Made by a program: the position numbers and the translations under genes
The notes under the pieces: model-generated
What the model was told of the DNA's origin: nothing
The model's input: the letters and a program-made list of their open reading frames with translations, nothing else
Databases searched by the model: none
Shown here: positions 35,833 through 49,475 of the stretch, one piece after another
How positions within the stretch are numbered: the stretch's first letter is position 1
Layout: the number at the start of each line of letters is the position of its first letter
NCBI GenBank assembly: GCA_030704615.1
Contig: CM060732.1
Coordinates: forward strand, 27,032,001 to 27,096,000
Direction: 5' to 3'
DNA: 64,000 nt
From: Takakia lepidozioides
Lineage: Eukaryota; Plantae; Bryophyta

Positions 35833-36523
35833 ATGTGACTTAGGTGTGAATGTCACCAACACTTGAGAAAAACTATGGAATTTGGTCAGTCATGTTCAGT
35901 TCAAGGATTGCGTGTCAACAGATTTGATCACAGTTCCTAGTACTAGCTTAGCGACTGCTAGGCTAGCTAGGCTAGCTCCGTAGACGCCTCCGGCAACTGA
36001 TTTCTGGTCAGCCAACTTGTGCTGCCCGCCCCCTACGAATAGGGGTCAACCCGACTGTTTTGGTCAACAGTAGCTGCCTTTAAGCGCGTTGGGGTTCGGT
36101 AGGTACCTAGTAGACGGAGACGGGCAGGCTGGGGACTGGGTCACACGCAAAATACATGTCCGCATACGGTCCGCGGGTAGGTGGTAGGTACGTAGCCGTA
36201 TTTACGGTGAGACTGAGGAACTGACCCGCTCGGCAGCCGGGCCGCCGCTGTTGGCGCTGCCTGTCCCCGAAAAGGGCCGGGGCCAGCGACAGGCTGCTTC
36301 CCGTTGCGGGTGGCCGCCGGGAGTTTGACTCCGGTGAGGCCTCGTGCGAGCGACGGGGGGTGACTGGCGGCTGGCGGTTCAGTGCTGGTTTCCTTCACAC
36401 AGGGCCGAGCAAGGAAGCGGGCGGGCGGCCCGGGACAAGCACGGGCCGGCCCCAGGAAGAGTGTCGGTCGGAGACGAAGAGAGAGAGAGAGGGTGCGGGC
36501 GGGGATCGCAATCTGGAGCGCGC

Positions 36524-39500
36524 ATGGATCCAGTTACGATGCTTGCGAACATCGCGCAGGCGGTACAGATGGTGGCGTCCATGGGAGAGCGGGCCAAAGT
36601 GCAGCGAAGCAATTGTCAGAATTTGATGGGGCGCATCAAGCTGCTGAAGCCGCTGCTGGATGAGGTGCGGGAGTCTAAGATGTCTCTCTCGGGAGGGCTG
36701 GCTTCCTTCGACTCGCTGGAGAATGCGATTTCGAAGGCCAAAGAGCTGCTGGACAAGTGCGGGGGGAGGGGCAGCGTGTTGTACATGGTGGGTTGCTTGC
36801 TTGCTCAACGCCTGGGCGTCTTGTGGTTGTGTATTGGAGTGGGGAATTTTGAATCTCTCTCTTCCTGCCTTGGAGCTTCTCTACCGTGGCCCTTCTGGGT
36901 TGCCAGTGTCCGAGCTGTTTGACCAGCTGAAAGGTGCTCCATGCTAGTTTTCAGCTTTGCATTTCCAATGTCGAACTAAGACTGAGACCCTGCTTGTTAA
37001 GGGCCTCGAAATTGCATAAGTGAGGCACTGGGCCTGTGGGCAGATGGCCCCTCCTTGCCATGCCATCACGCAGCAGCTCCACTGTTTCTCATGCTGCTCC
37101 CTTTCCCTCTTCCCATGTCTTCCAGACTTTACACCCTAAGCTCCATACTCTCTGTTTCTGGTAAGAATCTCCGCAAGAGTTTAGGAGAGGAGAGGTGGGG
37201 AATACAGTTTGACTATCGGAGAACTTTGTTGACGAATGCCTAACGTACGTGTAGAGACTTTTTTCACATCTTACTCTCGAAGAGTGTCTGTGGGAGGGGC
37301 TTTGCTGCCTAGTTCGAAATTGGTCAACTCTTGGGCATAATGGGGTCCTCCTTCGGGAACTGTGTGTAGATATTTAAACTCGGCTGCCTAGACGATGTAT
37401 CACTGGTAGTCGATTGTAGAGGTTACATGGGCCAAACCTTTCCATTGTCAGAGTGGAAACAAAAGGAAGTCTTGGAGGATCTCTAGTTGCACAACGTGTG
37501 TTTGACCTATCCGCAAATTACATTTGCATGTCCTATCCGGAGACCTGCTCGTCCTCTCCTCCTTGTGCCTCCTCTTCGCAACAGCACTGTGGCACCATAC
37601 CCTCGTTGAACTATTATTTTTGACTCACGCAGCTAGTGAGTCAAAAAGATTTGTGTCTATAACAAAAATGGCGCAACCACCCTGACAGTGTTATGTCATC
37701 AGGGATCACTGTTTATTTAATTTTTCAACTTCTTGTTGTAGGCGTTGCGCAGCCAAGCCGTAATGAGCAAGTTCCAGGACGTGACTTTGGAGATTGACCG
37801 CTCCCTCAACAGCTTGCCCTTCGTGTCCCTCAGAGTTTCAGATCGTATCCGCTCTCAAGTGGAGCTCATTACCCGTGAGCTAAGGAGGACAAAGTACTGT
37901 GTGGATGCTTCAGACGAACGTCTGGCGGAGGAGATCGAAGCACTTCTTCGGGAGCAGAGGGAGGGTTTGAGACCTAGCCATGAGGCACTACGGAAACTGG
38001 CCGACAGGCTGGATCTGAGGTCCAGTGAAGCAGTGGCAGATGAGACACAGGTTAGTTGCTGATGTTTTTGCTTGATGTGAGGACTTTCTCTAGGTGCTTC
38101 TTCACTAGCAAGTTTTAAGTGTCAGCATTGCCTTTGGGCAACATGAGGAGCCTACCTAGGGCCTTAGGCACACAAACAGACGGGCTTTGTGACACTTCAA
38201 ATAATCTGTGAGTTTCTACTAGAAACTTTCCTTGTCAAAGCTGTACCTTGCTTAAAAACTAAATAAATGTAAGCATTGGGTCAGTATGGTCCTCACATCA
38301 TTGCCTTTTAGGTGTTTGGGAACCTACTGTGGGATTCCAGATAGCCTATATGCAGGTTGATTGGTGAAGGTAGATTCATGGTGGTTGACATTTTGTCAGC
38401 AACTCTCAGTGAATAACACACACCTAACATTGATGGCTCTGTATTAGAACTATGGGTGTTAAAGAGGCATTGTGTCTCTTAGTTTCCGGGCATTTGTGGA
38501 TGTTGAAAGTTTGTGGTAATACCTTACAGGCCCTGGAAAAGGAGAGGGAGGAAGCTTGCACGGAGAAGGATATGTTCAAGCAGGAGCTACTTAATCAACT
38601 TTTGCTGCTGGTTGAGCAGATTGCAGAAACTATAGGGGACCAAAAGTCAGGGGGCCTTGAAATACCTTCTGATTTCAGGTGCCCTCTCTCCCTGGAGCTA
38701 ATGTCAGACCCAGTCATTGTAGCATCAGGTCAGACATACGAGAAAACCTATATCCAGCAGTGGCTTGACCAAGGTAACACTCGTTGTCCGAAGACACGGC
38801 AAATTCTAAGTCACGCCAATCTCATCCCGAACTACACAGTGAAAGCTCTGATAGCTTATTGGTGTGAAGAAAACAACGTACCACTGCCAGGGCCTATGAA
38901 ATTGGATGCACTGGAGAACCTTCAGCGGCCTATCTCCCCCGTCCTTTCTAGCAAAGTTGATACTGAACCGAATGATCGAATTACAGCCCCCCTAGCCTCA
39001 GTGCATGAAACAAGCACAGTTGCAACAGTGACGCTGGAAAGAAGTGTATCAGCAGTCGGGAGCAGGCCACTTGTAAAGTCAAAGCGTACCATACGACCAA
39101 AGTCTTATGACACAGTTGATCTCGATAGGGTACCAACTAGTGGTCACTCAGGAGAGGAGCAGGGGGAGCCTTCACAGGCTGCCAGGACTGCCAGTGCTGA
39201 TTCTGAAGCAGAGCTTAGTGGTGGTTCTCTGAGGTGTGGTAGCAACCTGGCCGTGGATATTGCTTTGCAACAAACATGCACAGCATTGGGGTCTATGGGA
39301 GTTTCAAGTGTAGACGATGGACATCTACCGGCGGAGGCAGGACCTCCCGTTGATGGCTCACAGGCCACAACTGATCAGTATCCATATAGTGGGGAGCTTT
39401 CTGGTGAGTTGGAAAGGACGCCAGTATCGGCTGCTGGAAATCCAGCATTCAGCGAAGAGCCTGGGTCGCCAGCACGCCCACCTGAAAGGTCGGTCTTCAT

Positions 39501-40817
39501 GCGGCGAGGGGAAGAAAGGGACATCAGCCTTCCACGCATTGTGAATGCTCCGGTTTCTGACTCATTGGGCACAGATGGGAGTGCCCAAATTGAGGTGGAT
39601 GGCTTGGTAGAGGACCTTCAGTCTCCATCTGTGGATGTCCAGAGGGCAGCAGCTGCAGAGCTGAGACTGCTTGCCAGATACAATATGGAAAACCGAATCA
39701 CAATTGCAAACTCAGGTGCAATTAGGCCCTTGGTTGGACTATTGATGTCAGGAGACCCAAAGACTCAAGAGAATGCAGTTACTGCCCTGTTGAATCTTTC
39801 CATCAATGACAACAACAAAGCGGAGATTGCTGCTGCAGGTGCCATTGAACCGCTGGTCAATGTGCTTCGGGTTGGAAACTCAGATGCAATGGAAAATGCA
39901 GCTGCTACCCTCTTCAGTCTTTCTGTCATGGATGACAATAAGGTCTCGATAGGTGCATCAGGGGCAATTCCACCTCTGGTGCATTTACTTATCAATGGCA
40001 CACCACGCGGGAAGAAAGATGCCGCGACAGCCCTCTTCAACCTTTCCATATTTCATGAGAATAAGGGACGAATTGTGCGTGCAGGTGCCATCCAGCCCTT
40101 GGTTGAACTCATGGCAGAGCCTGCAGCAGGCATGGTGGATAAAGCTGTCGCTGTATTGGCCAATTTGGCGACAATTCCTGAGGGAAGGGTTGCAATTGGT
40201 GAAGAAGGTGGGATCCCAGCTCTCGTAGAAGTAGTTGAAGCAGGGTCGCAACGAGGGAAAGAGAATGCAGCAGCTGCGCTTCTCCAGATGTGTATGAACA
40301 GTAACAGACATCGGGCTATGGTCTTGCAAGAAGGCGCTATCCCTCCTTTGGTTGCTCTCTCTCAGACAGGGACCGCGCGTGCGAAAGAGAAGGTAATTCC
40401 CAGTTTTACCTGTTTCCTGGACCCCGTCCCCTCACTGTAATTGCAAGGAGAGGGTAAGGCCCACGCGTTTCCCCTTGTCAGAAGAAATGTCAGTCGGCAT
40501 CTTTAATGTCCCTTTCCCTCCTTATGATCAGCTCTCTCTGAAAGTGTTGCCATACAACGAAGACCTGCTGGGCCTTCTCTGCCGCATCTACATCCCTTCC
40601 AGGGTGATTCCTTTCTAGACCTTGTATAGGATCTCTACTTGGATGGTTCAGTTTGTGTTTTCATAGATCTTTTACCGTTTGTAACTCTCTGGATTGATCT
40701 TTTTAGTAACTGTCTTGATCACAGGCCTCAGCACTGCTTCGGCACTTCAGAGAACAGCGGCATGCAGTTTTAGGAGGGCGTACAAATCCTGATAGGCACA
40801 TGGGAGGACATTTCTAA
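36524..40817 (+). CDS. PUB4: Plant U-box/ARM-repeat E3 ubiquitin ligase (PUB2/3/4 class), about 842 aa
   Basis: Exons 36524-36787, 37742-38050, 38530-40392 and 40725-40817 with phase-0 GT..AG introns. UND region, U-box IPSDFRCPLSLELMSDPVIVASGQTYE..CPKT..LIPNYTVKALI, and ARM repeats QENAVTALLNLSINDNNK, RGKKDAATALFNLS, RGKENAAAALL. Symbol reflects closest class; orthology not tested. Confidence 0.93.
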
Positions 40818-43020
40818 CATGAGGTCCTTACATCTGGAAGGTGATGGTTACTGGATCTACTGCTAAAATGCAGTTTTTCACTTCAGTTAACTCGCTAGCC
40901 GTTAAACACACTTTAACCTTAACTCTGTTTTCAACATCTCTGAGCGGTAATATTGTGGAAGTATATGATGAAAGGAAGTTCCGTTCATCAGTCTTTTATT
41001 AGGACCCAGTCATTACTGGCGTAGGAGAATTGGGCACTTATAGGTTTGTTGGACGAGTTTGGTTGTTTTGGAATCCAGGAGGGAAAGGTCTTATTATGTA
41101 TAGGCTTAGACATTATAAATACATGTAGGTATCGTATAGGTTTTAGCTTCCTGTGAAGTGGTGCAGCGGAAAGTCTGGTTGCCCAATTGAGCACTTGCCC
41201 CCTTCCCTTGTCCCTCCCCCTCTTCCTGTAGGCTTTGCAGTCTAGAATTTGTCTTCTGACATACAGGGAATTTGCTTAAAACCAGATCAGCTGCATCTGA
41301 GTAGTTTTCAGGCCTGCATTGGTGGAGACAATTGTATTTTTGTGGAGTAATTTAACAATCGAGTAAGGTACAGTGAACAGACAAATCAATCATGGGTTCA
41401 CTTGAGTTGGTCAAGTTGGAATATACTGTGCAATACACACATTTGGTTCTTGGCATGATTAGATGTTGGCCGGATAATGGATTCTTGCCTCCCTTGTTTT
41501 GGAATTGTTGCTCTCCTGTATTTTTATGTCCAGGTGTTTATTTTTGTCCATTTTTATGTTCTGTATCCTTGACCAGGTGGATTGAAGTTTGCAGCTGTCG
41601 TGGTGGTAGGAAGCTTAGATAGCTGGCCATGGGAAATACACTTCATTTTGTGGTGCTTTTTAGAAGGATTTGAGCTGTAGCAACTTGTCTGGCATTGATG
41701 GGTCCTAGGACTCCAATCAGGTTCAGTTTTACTTGGACAGCCCTTTTGCAACTAGTCGCAATTATCAGAATCAAGGGCACCAAGGTGGTTCCTGGGCACT
41801 GCCTCTATCATCTACACCAGATTGGCACCCTAGTGGGTGGACACGGGGAATGATGGCCTTGTTTCAAGTCTGTTTCCTCTCACAGAATTGGATTTGATGA
41901 ATTAATTTCGGTTATTGCTCACCCACAACTGTGACCTGGGACCAGATTGGGCTGATCACAGGGGTTCTTTCTCTTACTTGCACATGGTCAAGAATTGCAG
42001 GTGTTGTGATATCCTCCATTTTTCCCTCGTTCCATTCTGGGTAGAGAGAACTTGGGAAATAAAATTTCTCCATATAAGCTGTGCATGCAGTTGCCAACAA
42101 CATTTGAAATCGGAGATGAAAAACAAGGCAATTGAAAGCCTGGAAATTACAGCTCAAGAATTATATGCAGTGCATGCCAAAGATTTCACAGCTATGACCA
42201 GTGCAGTTCAAGTACCACTCCTAATCAAGTACCTGGATGCAAGGAGAGCTTGATTGAACTGTCATCTACAAAGCACACACAAACCTAATGGTGTCACATC
42301 ACCTTGAAGGGCTACTGCCTTCCATTTGGAAGGTGGTAGTGCTAGACACAAAGAATGGATTGCTTTGCTTTGATTGTTCTGCTTCGCTTCTGGTCCATGC
42401 TTGACCCAGTATGAAGGGGAGAATGTATTCAGCTGCCTAGCAATTAGACCCCAACATGCCGGTCAGCCTCGAGATTCTGAAAGTTGGTGAACAGAGATCT
42501 TTTGTCCTGAAGAGGGTCACTTCCTGATGACAATACCCTGGATATACAACAGAAAGTGAATATTGACTTCAGGCCGCCTGTACATCTCCCTTTCCTCTCT
42601 GCACCTCAGAGTAGAGTCCCCGCCCTCAACTGGTAAGGAAACCATCTAGAGAAGTCTGTCTTCCCAATGTCTGTAACACCAGTTCTCTCATTGACAAAGA
42701 CTCTTTCCAAAGTCTCTGCTTCAAATGGAGGACATCTTGGTGACTTCTTGAAGGAACAACATTCTCTTATATTTCTTACATTCATGCAATGAACTTTTGT
42801 TCCCCAAGGAATTGTTGCTACAGGCATAACTCAGAAACAGAAAAGAAATGGTTGTAGACAAAAAAATAAATTCCGTTGAAATGAGACACACAGTTCTTTG
42901 CTCAGATGAACACAACTCGAAAGTGAATGGTCTCCTTGAGACTTGACTTCAATCTCAACAAATGGAAGCATCCATCTAATATATAAATCCGTTGCTTCGC
43001 CTGAGTGACACTGACTGAAC

Positions 43021-44502
43021 TCAACGGTTGGCCTTTGCAACACGCTCAATCTCATCTTTCTTCTTAATCGCATAGCTGAAGACACATCCACAACAATCTC
43101 CCATATTAGTTTGAGTGTCAAATGGAATTTTTATGACTGCCTACCTGGCTCTCTTCCACGCTGATATAGGGACAATTGGCAACACAAGTACCTCTTCTTC
43201 ACTCATTCATAATAATTTTTTAATACTAAAACAGATTTATAACCATTACAAACCTTGAAACCCTTGCCTCTCTGATAAAGATGGAACACTAGAACTCTAA
43301 ATACAAAATGCAGCTCTGCGAGTTCGAAGAGAATGCCCTTAACAGATATCCCCACCTATTTGATGAACCTTTGGCGGCATTGATAAGTTCATCTGCCAAG
43401 CACTCAGCTATGGTCTTGATGTTCCGGAAGGCACTCTCACGTGCACCTGTTGTTAACAAGTAGATGGCCTGGTTCACCCGCCTCAATGGTGAGATATCTA
43501 CAGCCTGCCTCCTGATGACACCAGCGGATCCAATACGAGTTGCATCTTCGCGAGGACCACTGCATGGAAACATGTACAATATGGTATCATTACAGGCGTT
43601 GCTCGGACTTCTACTTACCATATCTCATAAAAACAAAAACGATAAGGGGGCACTTGAAACACCAAAATAAAGGACACACATCCCACTTCTACGATGTCCT
43701 CCAAGTAATCAGACGGCAATACTTCAAACTGAATGGCTTTAACTAGATAATTTGACATTTGTAGCAGTCCTAGTTGGGGCATCACTACATACCTCCCAAA
43801 GGACCAAAATAACTCCATGCTCAGACAAATCACTAAAGCATGAGACTATAGCAAGAATGGCATAATTCTATGAGTACACTGAGAGAAGGAAGTACCTATT
43901 AATGATGGCGTCAACAATAACTTGGATGGGGTTCTGGTCAGTTAGAAGGTGGATGATCTCCATGGCGTGCTTCACAATGCGCACAGCCATCAATTTCTTT
44001 CCATTGTTGCGGCCATGCATCATGAGAGAGTTCGTCAACCTGCAGATGAGAGAATCAACGAAAAAAGAATCTTAGACATGGGTTACGAGAGAGTAGAAAA
44101 TTTCTACACATGAAATCTCCACAACTATCTTCTGTGAGAATTAGGTTGACCATGTACATGAGATGGTAAACCCACCTCTCAACTATTGGGCACTGGGCCT
44201 TCCTAAAGCGCTTAACCGAGTACCGACCAGCAGTGTGGGGCACGAACGTCGCATGCTTGTCAACTGAGACGGCGATGTAATCCGCCAAAGAGATGTCATT
44301 GATCTGCACACCGAGAGGAAGTAAAGAGGAGAACTCTAAACAAGAGGAATCGAGAAGAAAACAAAGTACATCACTCCCCAAAAATCACCAAGGCGTGCAA
44401 AGCTCGCAACATACACACTTGACAGGTCGGATCAGCACTCACCTCAATGTCGTCGAATGACCACCGGCCGAAGAGCTTCACCTCCGGCTGCACAACCGCC
44501 AT
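43021..44502 (-). CDS. RPS5: 40S ribosomal protein S5 (uS7), 5 exons, 196 aa
   Basis: Exons 44502-44443, 44303-44176, 44039-43896, 43559-43356 and 43075-43021 total 591 nt. [72 protein letters not shown]. Confidence 0.97.
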
Positions 44503-44577
44503 GACTAGCCTCTCTCGCTTGCACCACACCTTCGGCGACCACGTCCAAAAAGACTCTTCGGAGAGACGGCGCTGCTC

Positions 44578-44646
44578 CTAACCCTTGTGCCCTAATGCCT
44601 GCATCCAGTGCCCTAATTCTGACGGCCCATATTTCCGCGCCCTAAC
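44578..44646 (-). promoter_or_regulatory. RPS5 proximal promoter with telo-box-like and site II motifs
   Basis: Three GCCCTAA plus TAACCCT, and GGCCCA (site II) at about 44624; this pairing is typical of plant ribosomal protein promoters. Confidence 0.55.
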
Positions 44647-47204
44647 TTGTGTGTTATATTTATCTATTCTAAGGCCCCGGCCGCACTGGTGGCTAACTAG
44701 CCACTACTAGCAATGGTTAGTTAGCCACTGTTAAGCGATGGTTAGTTAGCCCGGGTTAGAGAGCGGCCGCACTTACGGCTAAAATAAGCCAAGGTTAAGG
44801 GCTGTTAGCATCCTCGCTGCCCGCCAACATGTCCGCGCTGGCCGGCCTGCACTCCCGCTGACAGTCTGCATCCGTATTTCCGCCATAGATGCGAAGCTCG
44901 ATGTTCTTGGTGGAGCCCAGCAAACAATGTCTACGGGAGGTGGCGGCACTGAAGGTTGGGATGTATGGTGTGAAAGAACTGCACGCCGGAGGTGGGTCTG
45001 GAAATGTATGATGTGGTTTGAGACAGAATTTCTCTTTTATCAAAGAGATGGGTGCATCTCCCTCACCACCTGTCACTGCAGGTAGCTACTCATGCATTTA
45101 CATTTGCATTTGCAGGTCTTCTGCGGAGATATTTGCGTTGGTAGTTAAGAAAGGAACAACGACAGGTATGCAAGTTTGTTTGTAATTGGGCAGTCTCTTA
45201 CCTTGTTGTTGCTCACAGTGCACAATTGAGAGCATGAGGAACATCAAATCCATTTAAGTCTCAAGTAGAATGGTTATATGCATGCGTCAGTGATAGAGGT
45301 AATGTGATATTGCATTTGATTGGTGGCTGGCAGGGCTTTCTTAAGTTGATCAGCACACTTCAGGAGTGGATCGTTTATCAGAATTCAGAATTGTGGCCTA
45401 TGGTATGTGATATTGCAGAATTTTGTGCTTTTGGAACTGCAATCCATCCACATTTCCATGTCAATCTCTACCATTTGGCTTGTATAGCCATACCACTCCA
45501 TCGCTTGCATACCATGGACCAGAGTCCCTCTATCACTTCTGCGTGTTATCCAAACGATGCATGTAAAGGAAAGTGGCTCTATCTTGTATGTACAAGTTGG
45601 AGTAGGGCATGTGACCCTTCACCTCTACCTCTGAGACTCTGTGGATGATGGTGACGGAAGATCTTGAGAAGATCTTGAGAAGATCAAGGTCAATCCCTCT
45701 ATTCTCAACATGGCCACTCTGAGATAAAAGTTGACACACCAGTGACCTTTTCGAGGTGTCGACTTTCGTCCGTAATTAACTGAAAACTCGTGAAATTATG
45801 CACTTTTATGCCAACTTATAGATTTTCATCCCATTCCATGGTCGATTTTTCATCCATGACCTTTGGTATAACCATAACCAGAACCTAGCCATCCATCGAG
45901 AAATGAACCCGCACTAGGCTTACTCACTAGTTCTAAATAACCTTTCACATTATAAAATACTAGGGCTATGCATTACTGAGAACCTGTTCTAATATATTTT
46001 ATGCAAATTGAAACCTTGATTGCCTTTAGGCTGCCATAAGGCTGTTCGCACGAATGCCGTGCTAGATAACCGAGATCCGTTACCGAAGATACTTCCTGGA
46101 CTTGTAACTCCATAAGAAGACCGAGGTCTTGATCAGGCTTGCTGCCTAAATTAACTGAGCCCTTCCTAGGGGAATTTTACCAATCGGAGACTAAGACTGA
46201 AGTGTTCGACAAACAGGCTGCCTAAAAGTACATAGCCTTACGAAAGCTAAATTTGCCCATCCTAGGCTAAAATAATCAGCAAGCGAGGAAGCGGAGCCGG
46301 GGGAGAGAGAGAAGGAGCCCTAGGGAGAGGTTAGGGACGAAACGGAATGTTGTGGAGATTGCAAAGGGGAACGGGGCAGGGGATTGAGTAGGAGAGGAGG
46401 TGGAGAGAGGCAGCCGAGCATGCATGTAGCCAGAAATTATTGATGGAAATGGAGCCGCGCTGCTAAAGATGAACGGACGTGTTTCCAGTTGATCTCGGAT
46501 CTATCATATTCAGGGGAGGCCGAAGAGGAGACCTCTGTGTCCCTCCCAGCAAGAAGGGATTCTGTCTGCCCATACACAGGTGAGGTAATTAGAGCAGCAA
46601 CAAATGATCCCATTGTTGCCCCATGTGGCACGGAAGGCAGAGATGAGGGTAGACAAACGTTTTGGTTTCTTGGCGGCCTCTGCACACACGGAAGCCCACG
46701 CTTTTTTAGCAGCTATCAATAGATCAAAGAAAACAAGAGATAAGATTGCTGAAGCAGAGGTGTTTTCGCTGTTGATAGCTCATGTACTTGAGAATACAAT
46801 AGATTGTCAGACAGTGATAAATAGCCTATTAGTAAAGTGATGGTAATGGAGGCGATGAGGTGGAAAGTTTGATTCTTGATGGGTGGTAATGTGACCCTTG
46901 GCTTCTATAGTTCGTGTCACCCCCTTCTATAGTGTAACTCATCTTAGTCAATTTTAAACTTAGTCAAATTTCGAGACCGAGTGTGAGTGATAGTGAGTGG
47001 AGTTACATTTCCCACCATGTAATCTTAACTGGTGTTTACATTTTCTTTCTCTAACGGCCCATTGTCACCTAGACTGAAGTTATACTTTCTCTCCATGTCA
47101 CTATCAAGAGAGAGGGTGAGAGATTGAATATGTCGGAGATCAGCCTATTCTCTTGTGAGAGTCCACAACATGCATTAACTTCATACATTATTCCTAGGAT
47201 TTGT

Positions 47205-48430
47205 ATTATTATTTATTATTATTATTATTTTTGGTTAAAAAGGCCGAGGATTGTAGCCCTGATTAACTTTATCATAGAATGTTTTTTTGGGACAAAGCCC
47301 ATATAGTTATTTGGGATTATTCGGGGAAAAAAGTTAAAACCCCTTAGACGCCATAAGGCACACACATCATAGTCAGTGATCAAAGAACGTGATAGAAGGG
47401 CGTCCGACCTCTCCATCCCAGAAGACAGGAGGATTACACACTTGCAAAAGAGAACTCTAGCTTAACACTAAGCTAGAAAGACCAAGACCTTTGACCTATT
47501 ACTCCAGTCATAAAGAGCTGTTCCCGACAAGGAGAAACCCTAGGTCGAACCAGTAACTTTCAATTAATTAGAGTTCAATAGTAGTTAAGCTTGGAGGATC
47601 TCGCAGAAGACTTCAGATGCTTCCAGTTCACTTCCCTATCAAACTCAGGGGATGCTGTGGATTGTTGTGCGCTTGTTTCGCCATTGTACGGGTGGAAGCT
47701 CTGGCCAGGTGCAAAAGTGGTGACACAGATAACTCTGTGCAGACATGCAACACAACTCTTGAGGTGCAGCTGCCATGTACGAAAAATTCAATGACACCTA
47801 GGCTCGTGGCTTGGCCCAAGCTTTACGGGATTCAATATTGAGATCGTTAATAAGAGCCGGGATAGCAACATGTACCATTAGAGAAAGTTTTGGAACATCT
47901 GGCCTTCCCGAGATGCCAAGAACATATCCTCGAAGAGTTTCAAAAACAGGGCAGGTGAGAGAACGTCGTTGTTTGGTTCGAGGGTCATAGTTGAGCAAGA
48001 TGTCCGAGATAGATAGCTGCCTGGGACTCCAATGACGATAGAAATCCTTGACAAAAGTCCAGATAGCCTTAGGAGCAAGACAGAAGAGCAAAGCATGTTC
48101 TATAGTTTCCAGGATACCTGAGGGGCAGTATGCACAGAGAAGAGAAGAGTGGAATTGAAGCCACTCTCCCACCTTAAGAACTCTATTAACTATTTGTCAA
48201 AGGAAGGCCGCCACCTTGGCTGGCCTTGTTGTGATCCATACAGATCCCAAGATGATGGACCATTTTTCATTGAGGAACCCTTGATGATGCCACCTTGAAT
48301 CCCACTTGGTTTGCATTGGCTGCATTGGCTGGGCATTGAGAATGGCTTTGTAACCCTTCTTTGTAGTATAGGTGAAGAAGCTCCAAGACCACTCTTCAGG
48401 GTCAAGGGGCAGTTCAGCCAGGGATCTGCC
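47205..48430 (-). mobile_element. L1-like LINE, 3' part (zf-RVT, 3' UTR, (AAT)n tail)
   Basis: CAYCPSGILETIEHALLFC zinc knuckle and YTTKKGY motif; tail reads TTATTA repeats on + at 47205-47232. Confidence 0.85.
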
Positions 48431-49475
48431 CACTATTACATTTTTTTTTTTGTGGGGGGGGAGAGGGGGGGGGTTTAGCGATGCCTCAGCGACCTCCAAA
48501 CGCCACGCCTAGTGACGAAAATACACCACAACGCCTGGGGCGCGCCGGGGACAAATTGCGACGTCGAAAAGTCGCACCCACGTCGGTCCGACGTCGGTCC
48601 CGGAACGTCACAAAATAGCGACCTACGGGAATGGCTAATCCCCCGGGTCCCCTTGGCCACGACCAGCGACGCGGAATGTTGCCGCCCCTCCGGGCGTCGC
48701 AATATGCGACTCCCGGGAGTCGCAACAAAGGGCAAGGAGGGGGGTCCATCCCTCCCCCTGCGTCATGGGGCAGTCGCAAGGACGTCGCCCATCCCCGGAA
48801 ATAGCCACGCGCCGGCGTCGCCAGCACGTCGCACCCTGGGACATTAAAGTCTCCGCTCAGCGATGCCTGGACATCGCAGATGGGGTCTATTCTACTTAGG
48901 GACTGGCGACGCCCGGGAATCGCCCATGATGTCCTGCCATCTGGGGGCGTCGCTAGACCCCCATGGGTAGGGAGGTTCTCTGGCGACGCCCGGGAAACGC
49001 ACGGACGTCGCAGCCCCCCGGGGGCCGTCGCTAGCTCCATAGGAGGGCACATTCTTATGCGACTCCCTGGAGTCGCAACAACTTCGCAGCCCCTGGGCGG
49101 CGTCGCTAGCTCCACGATGGCGTGGTTTTGTTGCGACTCCTGGGAATCGCAAGAGCGTCGCTGGTCGGCCCCGGCCGTCACGCCGGCGTCGCTAGGTGGG
49201 TGGGTGGGAGGGTAGCCAGCTGGTATTTGGGGTGGGGTTTTGGGTTTTTTTTTTCCGTTTGGGGGGGGGGGGGTTTGGGTGTGGGGTTTTCTTGGGGGTT
49301 GGGGTGTGCCTCGTGCTTGCAAGAATGCATGCATTCTAATCTATAGGTCGACACACCAAATCCACATGTCCATTAAGGTTAGAATGAGGATCATAATGGC
49401 AACTGAAAAAATATATACATAAAGCGAGTACTACTACCTGTACATGTCTATAACTGGGAACCACTGGGAACCCCC

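Noticed and set aside
46437-46840. Short ORFs after a GA-rich tract
   Set aside because: No domain or supported splice structure.
48486-49334. 282-aa ORF
   Set aside because: Arises from GC-rich CACTA subterminal GCGAC repeats; not a plausible protein.
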